DNA of 64,000 nt from Phoronis australis (taxonomy: Eukaryota; Animalia; Phoronida): positions 1 to 64,000 of the forward strand of contig NMRA01000846.1 of the NCBI GenBank assembly GCA_002633005.1, in the 5' to 3' direction. The first letter of the stretch is position 1; each line of letters begins with the position of its first letter. Positions 13,915 through 25,723 of the stretch are shown here, piece after piece. Below the pieces are notes generated by a model, which saw nothing but the letters and a program-made list of their open reading frames with translations, had not been told where the DNA came from and searched no databases. A program made the translations under genes and the position numbers.

Positions 13915-16900
13915 TTTTATTTAAAGAGGATAAAAATACAATAAATGTAAAACATGCTTAAGCCAAAGGCTAATATCCAGCATGGTCCTCTTATGTAATT
14001 CAATGGTGTCACTACACTTTTGCTGGCTCATTTTATTTACATAAACAATTGCTGTACAGGCTGTTACTAGTATGTGCACAGCAAGAGCGCTTATCTGCGC
14101 CTACAAGAGGTACAGTTCATGTGGCTACACGATGTAAGCCTGGAGTGTGTGACACCCACAAGCATTGTAACTTTCAAACGCATCATCTGTAGACATTTTC
14201 ATAGAGTGCAAATATTCATGAGATCTACGGTCATGAGGGAAACTATGTAACTCATGGACTTTTTTGCGTGCATTATCACATGACAGGAACTGAACAAAGC
14301 TTACTTCAGATGGCAACATTTTATTTTTTGCCAACTCCATATGTGTCTTGTCTGTTGGCGCCATTATTTCACTGACATGTGATTCAGATATGTCTTGTAA
14401 AGAAAATGATGTGCAAGAATCCACCACTAACCCTTTCCTATTACAGCACTATGGTAAAATTATCCAGTTTGGAATAGTCTTTATAATTTGGGGTAGTCTA
14501 CAGAATTTGGGACAGGCTCTAGAATTTATTGGAACAAGGGCAATTTTGCCATTCACTGTACTTCTCCAATTTCAGAAAAAAGTGTTTTCAGTCTACAGAT
14601 TGGGTAATTCCACATTCTTTAGGGTGATTGTTGAATTTGGGACTGTCCATATTGCCAATGTCTAGAATTTGGGACAAGCTCTGGCCTTGAACAAAACCTT
14701 TTATTTTTCACTGTCCCAAACTAGAGACTTTACCACAGTGCCAGAATTGTATGATGGTACAATGTTATACATCTCAGAAACTGGCAATCGCTTATGAATG
14801 GTTGCATGTCAAACCCTGTTCGCATGGACATTTATGCAAGAACGCCATGATCCATGTCAATTTGTTCTATGTGAAGGTCGACAAACAAATGCAGCATTAC
14901 ATTGTTGGTGTAGTTGAATTCAGCACTTGCAAATTACATGGAGTGACTAGAAAGAGCCCTGATATTGACAAATTAAATATAACAAGTGCTACTTAATGGC
15001 TCATTTGTTGAATGAAACAAAGACACTCTAGGTGGCCCATATATCAGGAGAGTGTCATAAAACTGGATAACCAGGTATGGGCAACGAAACCGGTAATTAT
15101 TTACCTGTTTTGCCTATTACAGTATGACATTCACAATTTAATCTGCAGTGTTGCCATAAGCACCCACTGGAATACATTACATGTAACTTTTAACTGCAAT
15201 ATATGCTCATTTTACAGAAAGTCATAACTTGATGAAACACAGACTCTCATTATTATTGATGTCTCTTCATGTAAAATTCAACAGCCAACATTGTCAGTGT
15301 CGGACTGATAGCCAACACATAATATCCAGTCGTTACAATACACCAATCCCTATACAAAAGACGTGACAACACCAGTTAATATTTCGCTCTGCTCACATAG
15401 TTTTTGTCAACGAACAACGGCAAATCAATACCATTAACCAGGATACCTATTATTAGAATTACGTAGATTAGCTTGAGTTTCAAAAACCAATTCTTGACGT
15501 GTTGATTTTAGAGAGGTGGCACTGATACTCAAAATGACTTACAACACAAGAGTTGTTGATATATCTTGAAATCCCTGAGTGAGAGGCTAATGCCCATAAT
15601 TTCTTTTGGCCATTACTCTGAAGCGTGCAATAAACTATTCCAATGACTATCATGTGGAGCAAAAAGTCTAAAAACACTAACTGCATTACTCCGAAGCGTG
15701 CAAGAAACTATTCCAATGACTATCATGTGGAGCAAAAAGTCTAAAAACACTAACTGCTTACTTGAACCATTTTTCAGTGTACTGGGGACCACTGGAGAAA
15801 ACGTTCAATCCCGAATCTGTGGTTCCTTCAACTATCATCAATGAGCAACCTACACTTCTGGATCACCTGACACATGATTACAGCAGCAGTGCTCGACACA
15901 GGTGAAGGCGACCATTCCAATAATACCAGTGGCGTAAAGTGTCTACTCGTCTTTTAGTTTTAACTCTGTATTGTTCAGCGTTAACTCATTTATGTCGAGC
16001 CCTGCATAACGATTTAAAATTTTACTAAAAGTCAGTTTTAACACTTGATAGTGATGAGAATCAGATCAGTTCTACTACAACATTGGTGCAAGTACTGTAT
16101 GAATGTCAATATGGTAGGTTTTTGCTCTAATTTATAATTTTCGACAGAACTGTCTTAGACTATATTGCATGATTTAATAGGCAGCATCTAAATAGATGTT
16201 CAAAATGTATGATTTAACAGCTAGTAACATTTAGCTGAAATTCACAAAGATAAATTAATTTCAGGGAACACGTGCAGGTATCGAAGTGTCAATGAGCACC
16301 AATTTTCTAAACCAGCCTGGCAACCGACCAATTGTTTAATTGCAGCACAAGTAATCACTGTTTGATACTAAGCTAGCCAGAAGCTACTGACTTGTGTTGG
16401 TTCGTTGTCTCTCATTGACAGTCATGTTCAAGTTTGTCCAGCTGATAACCCTGCAGCTTTCTTACATTCTCTGATTCTACGAAACTGTGTAATAGTCGGA
16501 TAGACAGTACCTGACTTGAGAACCAGTTACTCCCATAGAAAAACACTTGTTATTCATATGGAGTAACTGGTTCTCAAATCACTTTTAACGAAGGACCCAC
16601 CTATTCGACTATTATTGGAAACTGAATTTTTACCAGAAAATGGGTGGTCGTAATGAGGTCAATTGTCCAAATTTGGCGGCTGAGGTCTACTGCACTCCCA
16701 AGTTTAAAAAAATTTAAAATGCTGGATTTAGATGTCATTTTTGAAAACAAATTGAAATTTTAAATATAAAATTTTAGAATAATCCAATGAATTTCTTAAA
16801 GCGAAATATGAGAATTTTCTAGCAAAATCTTGCAAGTAGTGTTCGAAATGCCTACATTACCGTAATGGGTCTACATGTATGCTCATCAATAGACCTTATT

Positions 16901-17380
16901 CAAAATTAAATACTGATGTGGGAAATCTGACTTATACTGCAAAAATACAAACTAAAAATATAGCCAACTATGAATTCTAGTTTGCCGCAGTATCAATTGT
17001 GTTCCATTTCATACCACTAGTAATCACTGCCCATACTGATACTTAGCATAAGCTGAGATTTTTCTCACCTTGACTTTGTAAACATTGTTACGCTTCAATG
17101 ATTTGACAGTTTAAATTTTAGAATAGTAATTTGACAGTTCGACATAGCGAGAAAGCACACGATGGTTTTCTGAAAGCTATATTTTCACGTTTTGTTGAGA
17201 AACTAACGAATATTGCAGGACATCATAGAAGACAAAAATATTGCTCAACACACACGATGTGAACTTACCGAAGTTGCCCGCCAGCGGAACGTCGAGCCTA
17301 TTTTCCGCTGCCTTTCCGAAACTATTTGTGAAGGCAAAGAGACAAAACAACACGACATAATACCTCCCATGTAACGGCAT
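1707..17380 (-). CDS. PTPRN2: IA-2/phogrin-like receptor-type tyrosine-protein phosphatase N, 5' part only (coding exons 1-2; gene continues past the left edge)
   Basis: Exons 17380-17269 and 1757-1707 splice in phase 1 to MPLHGRYYVVLFCLFAFTNSFGKAAENRLDVPLAGNF-GCKFNKDLCSSQEICID(D): a signal peptide followed by the GC-x5-LC-x3-E-x-C-x2-D motif typical of the IA-2/PTPRN2 N-terminus. The phosphatase domain is not in the window. Confidence 0.8.
1879..2134. repeat. Minisatellite, 44-bp unit made of two alternating 22-bp subunits
   Basis: cattctaatcatgacatgtccc alternating with cattctcatcatgaggcatgta, about 12 subunits. Confidence 0.9.
3500..3900 (+). mobile_element. Penelope-like retroelement 3' remnant (GIY-YIG endonuclease C-terminus)
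   Basis: Translation GIGEHTINTGHSRDNAKVLAREEYWLSRKVKEAM fits the PLE pattern xxxEH...GH...DN.KVL..E.....RK.KEA; a decayed hammerhead-like motif follows at about 3801-3831. Confidence 0.8.
4648..4768 (+). mobile_element. Dispersed repeat with caggggc(a/g)gatccag terminus and G/C tracts
   Basis: Homologous in reverse orientation to 34056-34160 (tttgcccgtcag...gaactg...aatggaat). Confidence 0.7.
6244..6532. mobile_element. Putative MITE
   Basis: Termini tagactata...tatagtcta form an inverted repeat about 290 bp apart. Confidence 0.45.
7645..8021. mobile_element. MITE, PIF/Harbinger-like TIRs
   Basis: About 35-bp TIRs ccgtccacacacagcctaccctagaacaa / ttgttctagggtatgtctgtgtgtggacgg; second diverged copy at about 12238-12582. 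Confidence 0.8.
8680..9193. mobile_element. Non-autonomous TIR element remnant
   Basis: agctcaccaaatac...acctggcaaaat is inverted at attttaccaggt...gtattggtgagct. Confidence 0.55.
12238..12582. mobile_element. Second copy of the 7645-8021 MITE family
   Basis: Shared internal sequence gagcgtccacaca...gggtaaggcagaagttgtcgctctg...cacacagcgatt. Confidence 0.8.
12960..13200 (+). mobile_element. RTE-type LINE 3' end remnant
   Basis: Frame reading RTYRDLKRLAKQQGWRK* resembles the RTE ORF2 C-terminus (L.RLA.DR..WR). Confidence 0.5.
13861..14000 (-). repeat. (AAT)16 microsatellite, probably the tail of a minus-strand LINE/SINE 3' end
   Basis: On the minus strand: stem-loop catgctggatattagcctttggcttaagcatg, then AATAAA, then (TTA)n. 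Confidence 0.65.
15611..15756. repeat. Tandem duplication of a 73-bp unit
   Basis: cattactc(t/c)gaagcgtgcaa(t/g)aaactattccaatgactatcatgtggagcaaaaagtctaaaaacactaactg twice. Confidence 0.9.
16489..16614. mobile_element. Small foldback/MITE hairpin
   Basis: Outer arms taatagtcggatag/ctattcgactatta; inner stem ttgagaaccagttactcc/ggagtaactggttctcaa. Confidence 0.7.
17269..17380 (-). CDS. PTPRN2: IA-2/PTPRN-like coding exon 1 (signal peptide)
   Basis: ATG at 17380, hydrophobic core YYVVLFCLFAF, donor G|gtaagt at 17268; 112 nt, phase 1. Confidence 0.75.
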
Positions 17381-18940
17381 TTTAAATACGTTCGATAAAC
17401 TAACTTAAACTTCCCATAGTGAAAATAAAGATCATGAACCGTCAACCATTTTTGACGTTCACCACAGATTCCAAGCACACAGAAACATATCTTATCGCCG
17501 GAAGTTTTCAATACTGTTGGCGGGTGGATATAAAATCAGGAATACGAGGTTCGCGAATACGGAATGTTCTCTTCGAGTCACGCTCTTGGCGTCATTTGGC
17601 AGCGACCCTTAGTCGGTCGACAGAAATAAAGTTATCAATGCAACTTAAATAAGAAACCCAAGATTAATGTCGGAATGTCAGGCCTTTGGAAATTTTTCCA
17701 TTCTCTGCACTTCCAAATGTTGATTTGATTTGTTACCGATGGCTTGTTTTTTTATTTGAAAACGCACCACTTGACCCTGAAGAAGCCAATATCTGACCAA
17801 AGATATCTAAACAAGCATGCACGAAATCAAGATAATGTAGGCGGTCTAGTACACATTGTACCATACGTACGCAGGTCCAGCGTTCAGGTGGACCTAAAAC
17901 CAACTCGCTGATGAGCTAGGAGACCCGGTCGCGACTAAGGGTCCGACTAGGAGTTGTGTCTCAGTGTTAAAAATTAACTTTTGAGCTGGGAACATAGTTT
18001 ATATTATTAAAGCTTCAAATGAGTATCCAAGACTGTCATTTCGGCAGCCGTGATTTCGACGGGAAATTTAAATCCTGCAATTAAGTGCGTTATCGTATAA
18101 CAACATTAATTTTTTAAAGTTTGAAATCATGTGCCTTTCACGTGCTCTGTTAACCTTAAAAATTGAAAAACGGAACTGTTAATTTTTTTATGCTCCACTT
18201 GATGATAGAACCAGATGCGACGCTTTATTTTTAATACCTGTTTGTGGCAGCTTGGCAAACTGAAGGTGACAAGGTTTAGATTAATCCGCATTTCATTATG
18301 CCAGAGGTAATGAGAAACTCATGCAAGCAGTCAGACTGCATTTTATCATATTAAATTTAGAACACTAAGGAAGGTAGGAAAATAGACAGGTTATACAATC
18401 TAGCCCAACCATCGGATTTGGCCGAATTCATCTGATTTCTGTTTATATTTTATCAAATTTAATAAAAAGCTATAGTTTTAAAGAAAAATCTCCACAACTA
18501 GAAAACGACGGTTCGAATATAGTAGTCAAATTTTGTACTTTGCGTTTCAGGTGGGACCTCAGGACTCTTTAAGAGATCGGTCTGAGATTCAATGTTTCGA
18601 TGCTGGCCAACTTAATGAATTTTTTATAGGGTTACACATAAGCGAGCATGCACTTCATAATCCTGAAAAAGATTCGTTTACCCATCCACGAAATCTTTGA
18701 CTGCCGAATTTGGATACGCCCCGATGGATGGATTGAAAGGTTGCCAGTGCCATATTGTCCTCTGGCTGGTTTGTTTTTTGATGAAATGTTCAAATTTGGT
18801 TAATTAAATATTCATTTAGAATAACCCTACCGAAGTATATGTACGTTTGTTTGATGTGCCTGTAATTTCTTACTTAGAGATAACCAGCATCGGCATTCAT
18901 TTTGCGGATATCACTAATGCTTGTATGTAATGCCATGCCG

Positions 18941-18948
18941 TGACGTCA
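18941..18948. promoter_or_regulatory. Full CRE palindrome about 1.5 kb upstream of the IA-2-like start codon
   Basis: TGACGTCA; a variant (TGACGCCA on minus) lies at 17587-17594. Function untested. Confidence 0.3.
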
Positions 18949-20017
18949 GAACGCCTACCTTAAGTGCCGAAGTTAATTATAACCCAGGATAAAGAGTTGG
19001 TGTCTATAAGTATACTGCAATAACTTTATCGATTTTACAGTCGAACTTGGTCGGCGCAAAAGATCTCCAATGGAATGATAAAAAGTTAAAAATAAAATAT
19101 TCACTTGCATATTTAAAATCGCCATCCAAATTTGCATTACTCTTATAACTCTAACAATTTTAAATAACCCTCAACGTGTGTCTCGGTGAGAGACAAATTA
19201 ATTGCTTGTAGGACCAAGCGATTGTCTTTCGTGACGTAAACATGTTGCACTAAGTTTTAAATATTATTATCTCCATCTGCCTGTCACGGTATCTTTATTA
19301 CTGACATCACGTTACGCTTTGGTTTCTTTCATACATAATATACTGAAATTTCCCATCTGAAAATTACCTAAAGCACAATCAAATCCTTTAAAAATAATTC
19401 AGTTGTATTTTGAAGCACTACACTCAGTGTCCTTTTAATATGTCTGATGTTTCGTTTGAACTACCCATGGATTTTCCTTGAATTAACCAAGTTTTTCTGG
19501 AACCTCATACGTGTCGTATTAAAGCGCATTTTACACACGTGGGTAAGACACGTGTTAAAACAGTGAACTGTTGACTAATTATACGACAGTCAATAACCGA
19601 TATTTTCCACACCTCTACTGAGCTTTCATGATGAGTAAATGAAATACCTGGAATTCAACTCGTTGAACAAACGCCTATAATGTTCTTTAATTACTCTAGG
19701 CATACCTAGGTTGTCAGGTGTATTACTTGTGGGTGAAATGTTAATAACCGTGACGGGTGTGGAAAAGATTCCATGGCCGCGCCTCTAAATTCCAACGACG
19801 ATGTCATCCAGTTCTGGATAGCGGTACAAATCCCCACCGTCACGCGCCCAACTGAAGGCCAGCCCGGTAACCAAACTCCCTGACACCCCGGGACCCTGAT
19901 ACAAGGCCAACAGTGGCACGATATATTTCAAAATGCGAGTTTTCACTTTACCATATATCGTGCCATAAATATCAACCCCGGGTTGCGGTCAGTGGGTCAT
20001 TAATGAGACTCGTTCCA

Positions 20018-21161
20018 GGCGCGCACCCAGCCTTTAATATGGGGGGGGGCTTGAATTTCTGACGATGTGGACCTTTTGCTGACAAAAAACCGGGAGGACA
20101 AAAAAACGGGGTGCCACTTTAAATGTGCGTTTGTGCCTTTTCAGTGGAGTTTAATTTGACTCGTTTTCTCGGATTGTTTATCTGAGGCGGACCTTTTTGC
20201 CCACTTCGCCAAGTGGGGGGCTCGTTCGAACCCCCCGAACCACCNGTGCGCGCATGCGGTAAAAGGAGTTTGGTTATAGGGTGTGGGGGCATTTCCGGTG
20301 CGTTGTAGTTTTAACTTAAAAAAGGCAGCGGGCATGGGATGAGTATCGCGGATGTGGTTTTTGATGTGGTCAGTGGGACTCAGACTCACTGGGTTTAGCC
20401 ACGGGGCTCACTGATAAGGTGTCCGCAGGCGTGTACCAAGGAGACCCCCTCCACTGCGGGTGCCTGGTCTGATAATTCCCACCTTTTTTTGCGGTGTAAA
20501 ATTTTCTGTAAGAAGACGGCGAGTGCACACCTTCTGCAGGGGTGGGCCAAGCAGTGGGCCTTCGAAATTGTAATTTAGGGATCTATTTAACCCCTCGCGG
20601 GTCCCGCAGAACTGGCTGAAAACCGCTTACTCGCTATTTTCGGTACACGCTTACGTTGGCCTTGTCAATATGAATGATCCCAGAAGCAGGCCCCGACGAA
20701 GGGCCGGCGGAAGCTAGGGCCACGGAACTTGGCCGAATTTTCTCAGTCGGACCTCACAGTGGGGCGGGAACTAAGTGAAGCAGTTCAGTGTCGTACAGTT
20801 TTGTAATTACGATTATGTTAACAGTCTGTTTTGTACAAAGTTCAAAATTTCCACGAACCACTCGGTAAACCATGCGCGCAGCCAGTGGGGGCTCAGGGAC
20901 TCGAATGAACAGGCACTAAAGATCCGCCTCACGGCAGCTCCCCAAGAAACAAAAACTCCGAAAAAGTAGGAAACGAGACAAAAGTCCACTAAAAAGGCAA
21001 GAATTACCAAAATTCGGCGAATGCATAATTCATAGCTCTGCATGGAACCCCGTGAATCTTAGTAAAAGGTCCACATTGTCAACAATTNNNNNNNNNNNNN
21101 NNNNNNNNNNNNNNNNNNCCCCCCCCCCCCCACCCACCCCAATTTAGGCTGGGTGCGTGCG
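20018..21161. mobile_element. GC-rich element of about 1.1 kb with long TIRs, spanning the assembly gap 21088-21118
   Basis: gcgcacccagcct..(G)n..tgacgatgtggacctttt is inverted at aaaaggtccacattgtca..NNN..(C)n..aggctgggtgcg. Confidence 0.7.
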
Positions 21162-21544
21162 CAAACAGTCCATTGAAGTTTCACCTTACACAGTAACGTT
21201 GCGACACCTGGTGATTATAGCGAGAAACTAATATAGAACACGCGATGGGCAAGTCAAACAATGGTTGCTTTTTTCTAACCGTAAGGCACAAAAATGGCAA
21301 GTGTGGAAAGAAAATTGAGCCAGGGTGATCTTCAAATGAAATCTTTTCACGCATTTTATAACTAAACTAAATTATATTTAAAACAGCTTAAGCCTAGTGT
21401 TATAAAAAAATCTGAAATGGTTTGTTACTCACTAAAATTAGAAATAATTTCTGTGTTTGGGAACAAGTAACAATTCCGCCATTGCCCAAGACCAGGCACT
21501 GATACAGAGCCGGTCGAGACGAACAGATGAGTGTTAAAGTGACA

Positions 21545-23771
21545 TTAGGCCAAAAAAAGCATAGCTGGTTCTGGTCTCTGTTTTTTTTAATGGAGTCAAA
21601 GGCGCAATATTTTTTGGTTGCTCATATTTAAAAAAAGAGAATCCATCTGAAACTAGCAAAATGATGCGGGATGTATTTTACTTGTAATGTGGCAAATCAG
21701 GGCGTTTCAAACGTTGCTTACCCTTGCTTATGTGTCTTCGTACAGTATTTTAAAGAAGAATCAGAAGACTTTGGGTGAAAGTGATGCGGGCGTTTTTTTA
21801 TCAGCGAGGTTTTCTGAGATCACCCCCATCTCGGAATGGAAGCCCTCATTTAAAAACTAAGTCCTTATTTATTTTCAGTAATATTGGGGATTCAGGGTAG
21901 ACTTAACTCTCGATGTGTATCAAAGCTAAAAATGGTCGAAGTAATGAAGAGAAAACAACATTAAAAAGTTCAATCAGGGTTTGCACAAGTCCAAAAATGC
22001 AGTGAAAAGTTAAAGATCATTGTTGAGTCCCTGTTTGGGACCGTTTCACGCAACCGTACGCTTGAACCCTCGCGATTGCAGTCAAACACTTTGCTGGGGG
22101 AGTGAATACCACTCAATCAAATGGCAGTCGTATTTTAAAGCGTATTTAAATTGTAAAGTCACTGGCCTTGATTTCAATGAATGTCCGACAGACAACGGCG
22201 AGAGTTGGTGTTTTATAAAAATCACAAAAAACAACTAATCTTGTCAAAGCTAATGACTTCAAAAACTCTTTCCCGTCCAACAATAATTCACAAAAATACG
22301 TTTTTGGTAATAAAGGAATAAGCTCAATACGTTCCCTCTGAAGACCTGTCGTTGGGACCACTATAGAGAGGTGACGAGCTGAATATGTGAGGCTCTGCTC
22401 TGTGCCGGTTCAAGTAAAGAGACCATCATCCGAATGTACTGCATTCTAGATTCCAAAAATTCAGATTAAAATACGTCAGTACGAACCAGATTTTTGACAA
22501 TTTTCACTTGCCTGAAGAGTACCTGGATTCGAGCCAACCCGACCCACCCTATTTTATTCATTTGCGGAAGCTACAAGGGCTTGTACCGTGGTCTTGGACA
22601 TGCATATTGACCAATCTGTGGCATCTTACGAGTACACACGTAGGGATCTCTCATAGATTTAAACGGTGAGAGGCTACATCAAGCGATAAAGCATAGCATT
22701 AGCAGCAGGACGCTGGACGGCCGTGCCCCAACATTTCTATTAATGTCGAGCTTTGTCGAATCTTGTTGGACAACCCAGCAGGTTCAGTGGGTATTCCTAC
22801 TCTTTTTTTTAAAAAAACTTAAAAGTCTAAAAACATATCGGCGTGGTTCAGAGCTCTTCAATCTTGCAAGACAACACGCGATGGAAAATTACTTTCGTGA
22901 CATCTAATCATATATACGTATCAGAGTGACCCTGGCTATAAAGTGATTTGCTTTATCTACAACATTGAGACATAAATAGCGCTTGCTAGCTCTTGTTATG
23001 CTAATCAAATACAACCTTTAAGTCGGGGCCGACTAGATACAGTTATGAAGTTTTTCGGGCTTAAGGTGATTAGACACGGTTTTAAAGCAACGCTGATTTT
23101 TTGTTTTTCATATTTTCTGCTCGTCTTTTTCTACTACAAATCTGCAAAGAATGTGAATGTCACCGAACTGATTACCCCCTTTTTGCGTACTATTTTCATT
23201 TAGAGATATTTAAAAAAGCATGTATTTGGTTCTAATCTGCTTTTTGTGATGAAAACCGAGTATGCTTTCCTAGTTTCTTGCTTTCTTTAAAAAAGAAAAT
23301 CCACCGATGCGGGATTGTTTTTTTTACTCAACTCTATTAATGTTCTTTTTTATCTCCATTGGCGACAGCAAACATGGAAACAGTGTTACAGTCCAGCTTG
23401 TTGCCAAATGGTGATCAAAATTGTCTTTTAGAATTTTAGCAAAAGATTTTGTTAGAGCGCAAACAGCATACTTGGTTCTGGTCTCTGTTTTTTTGACTTC
23501 GAGTGGGTAGTGTGATGTTTTCTTTAAGATGCTCACTTTTTCAAAACAGAATATCCACCTGAGACGTGCAAGAATTACATGGTATTTGTATTCGCTTGGA
23601 AAACCAGGCGTTTCAAACGTTGCTTATGTGGTTTTGTGCAGCTTTTCAAAAAATAATACAATGCCTTGATAAAAATTGATACGGGCAGGCGTTTTTTATT
23701 TTGGTCATTGTGCGCCGGTGTCAAAAGGAGTCGGGTTAAAGACCGAAACCCACTAGGCTTTGGCTGGCCTA
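21545..23771. mobile_element. TTAGGCC-terminated DNA transposon family, two partial copies (about 21545-21800 and 23440-23771)
   Basis: Direct similarity ggttctggtctctgttttttt...ggcgtttcaaacgttgctta; inverted termini ttaggcca...tggcctaa. Confidence 0.6.
22130..22340 (+). repeat. Dispersed repeat family (also about 25005-25210 and 59155-59215)
   Basis: Shared core ggc(c)ttgatttcaa..ga.....cagacaa and aaaatcacaaaaa...aaagctaat.acttc. Confidence 0.6.
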
Positions 23772-25627
23772 ACAAGTCAGTTATTGAGGCGTGTTTTGTA
23801 GAAAAGAATTGAGTAACAAGAAGTGCTCAGCTTGACTTGACGTTGCGAGAAAAATGTGGAGCCTCTTACTTCGAGATCTTAAAGGTGAAAGGTTTTTCAA
23901 AGCACCTTTGAAGTCGAATAAAGCCATAGTAAAATCACAATTTGATCCAGGCAAGAGATGGAGAAATCTTCTGTTATTAATTTTTGTCCTGAATGCGACA
24001 GGGGTGATTTCACCTTTAACCGTTTGCATATTTTTAACCAATACTTTCAGCTTGTTAATTTTTTATGAATTTAGAATTGGAATTTCGTTAAATTTGTATA
24101 AGTTTGATACTAAATCCGACTATAATTAGAAAACATTTTGTGTTCTTGCCTGTAATAACAGTGTTGAAGTTACAATCCGAGGAGCAAAACTTGTTTATAA
24201 ATCTTTGCGTACACGGCTATCTGTGACACTGTAAGACCTATAACTTCAATTCTGTTCAAAGCTTTGTAGGAAGAAGGAAACGGCAAGTGCGTTAATTCAA
24301 ACCCAAGCAACGACTAACATATTATTCAGGTACAACTTATATGGTTATTATTGACAAGAAAAGTGATTTTCTGAGATCATCGGCGGAATTGAACCTTTTC
24401 AAACTCCACGGTCACAATCTAATGCTCACTCGATAAACAGCAACAAATTTTTACACAGTCATGGAACACCAAAACTCGTAAAATACATTTTAAACTGATC
24501 GTGGCGAGTGTACTTATTGGGGAAGTCAACGTGAGAGTTATTCACTTTGAGTATTGCAAGAATTTATAGATTCACTGTTTTTGAAACACAGACGATAAAA
24601 AACTCTTTCATCCCAATGCAGTTTTCAAAATCTCCGTCCCTAGTAATATGTATAATTATGCGCATGAGATGAAAGAAGTCGGACTGGGTGTTGCTTGAAA
24701 TCGCCATTGCTTAGAATACCTCTAAGGTCAAAGGTCACATTTTCCATCTAAGGAAATGTGCTGCGTCTATGTTTTGCCATACCAAATAAAGAGACGTGCT
24801 TTGTCATGTGACGAACAGCTGACATATCGTTTTTTTAAATTTGAAACCAAAGGAAATATGCTCAACGGAAATTCAAAATCTTTACGAACAAACCGTAAAA
24901 ATACCTGGTAAACAGTTTGACTTCTGTTTCAATGGCAGAGAATCACTTTGAATGATGTAATTTAGTCTGTTTTCACATTTTATAAACCACTTGAAGAGAA
25001 TTTTATTAGTCAAGCCATCGGGCTTGATTTCAACGGACGCCTGGCAGACAAATGCAAGAATTATCGATTTGTAATAAAATCACAAAAATCACACCGGATT
25101 TTATTGCTTTATATTTTTCATAAAAGCTAATAACTTCTAGAATATTCCATCCAACAACAATCACAACAGAGCGTTCTTCTGTCGTAAAACTAATAATATC
25201 CCTTTAAGAACTGAAAGGGAATCTTCAACTTTACTTTGTAATCAATCAATGGAATTTTCCGATCCAGAGGTGATGACGTGTTTACCAGCTTATCTTTAAG
25301 CGTAGACAGTTCGTTCATCTGTTTGCTTTAACGACCAATGATCAAAAATGACTTGGGAGTGTAGGCTTACTTTTTATTTGCTAAAATGATCGAATTATTG
25401 TTTAATTTTTGAAAATACTCACCGGGGCTTACATAATTTCCGATTCTTTTAAAAATCATTTCTAGCAAAGCTTATTTGAACATTGAATTTGAACCCCGTT
25501 GTCTTTCTTTTCCAAGATTACCATATCACTTAATGTCAAGCAGGTCAATGTCCACGAAAAGCTACATGTATAACACTGTACAAGCCCTGTAACGAAACAT
25601 CATTGGTTGAAACAATATCGTACAGAG

Positions 25628-25723
25628 ATGATGAAGAGAGCTGAGATCACGGGAAAAGCATCGCCCTTCAGTATTGCGGCATTGCCAATTCCAGACCCGC
25701 CGCCGAAAGGCGTTGTTGTCAAG
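25628..25723 (+). CDS. ADH exon 1
   Basis: MMKRAEITGKASPFSIAALPIPDPPPKGVVVK|gtaacg; tacag just upstream suggests a further 5' exon. Confidence 0.85.

Noticed and set aside
14305-14393. 89-nt segment with a good acceptor and gtaagc donor in IA-2 intron 1
   Set aside because: It would shift the frame, has no homology support, and such pseudo-exons are expected in a 15 kb intron.
15762-15866. Candidate cassette exon with gtaagc donor
   Set aside because: The acceptor choices tested give a stop codon or a frameshift.
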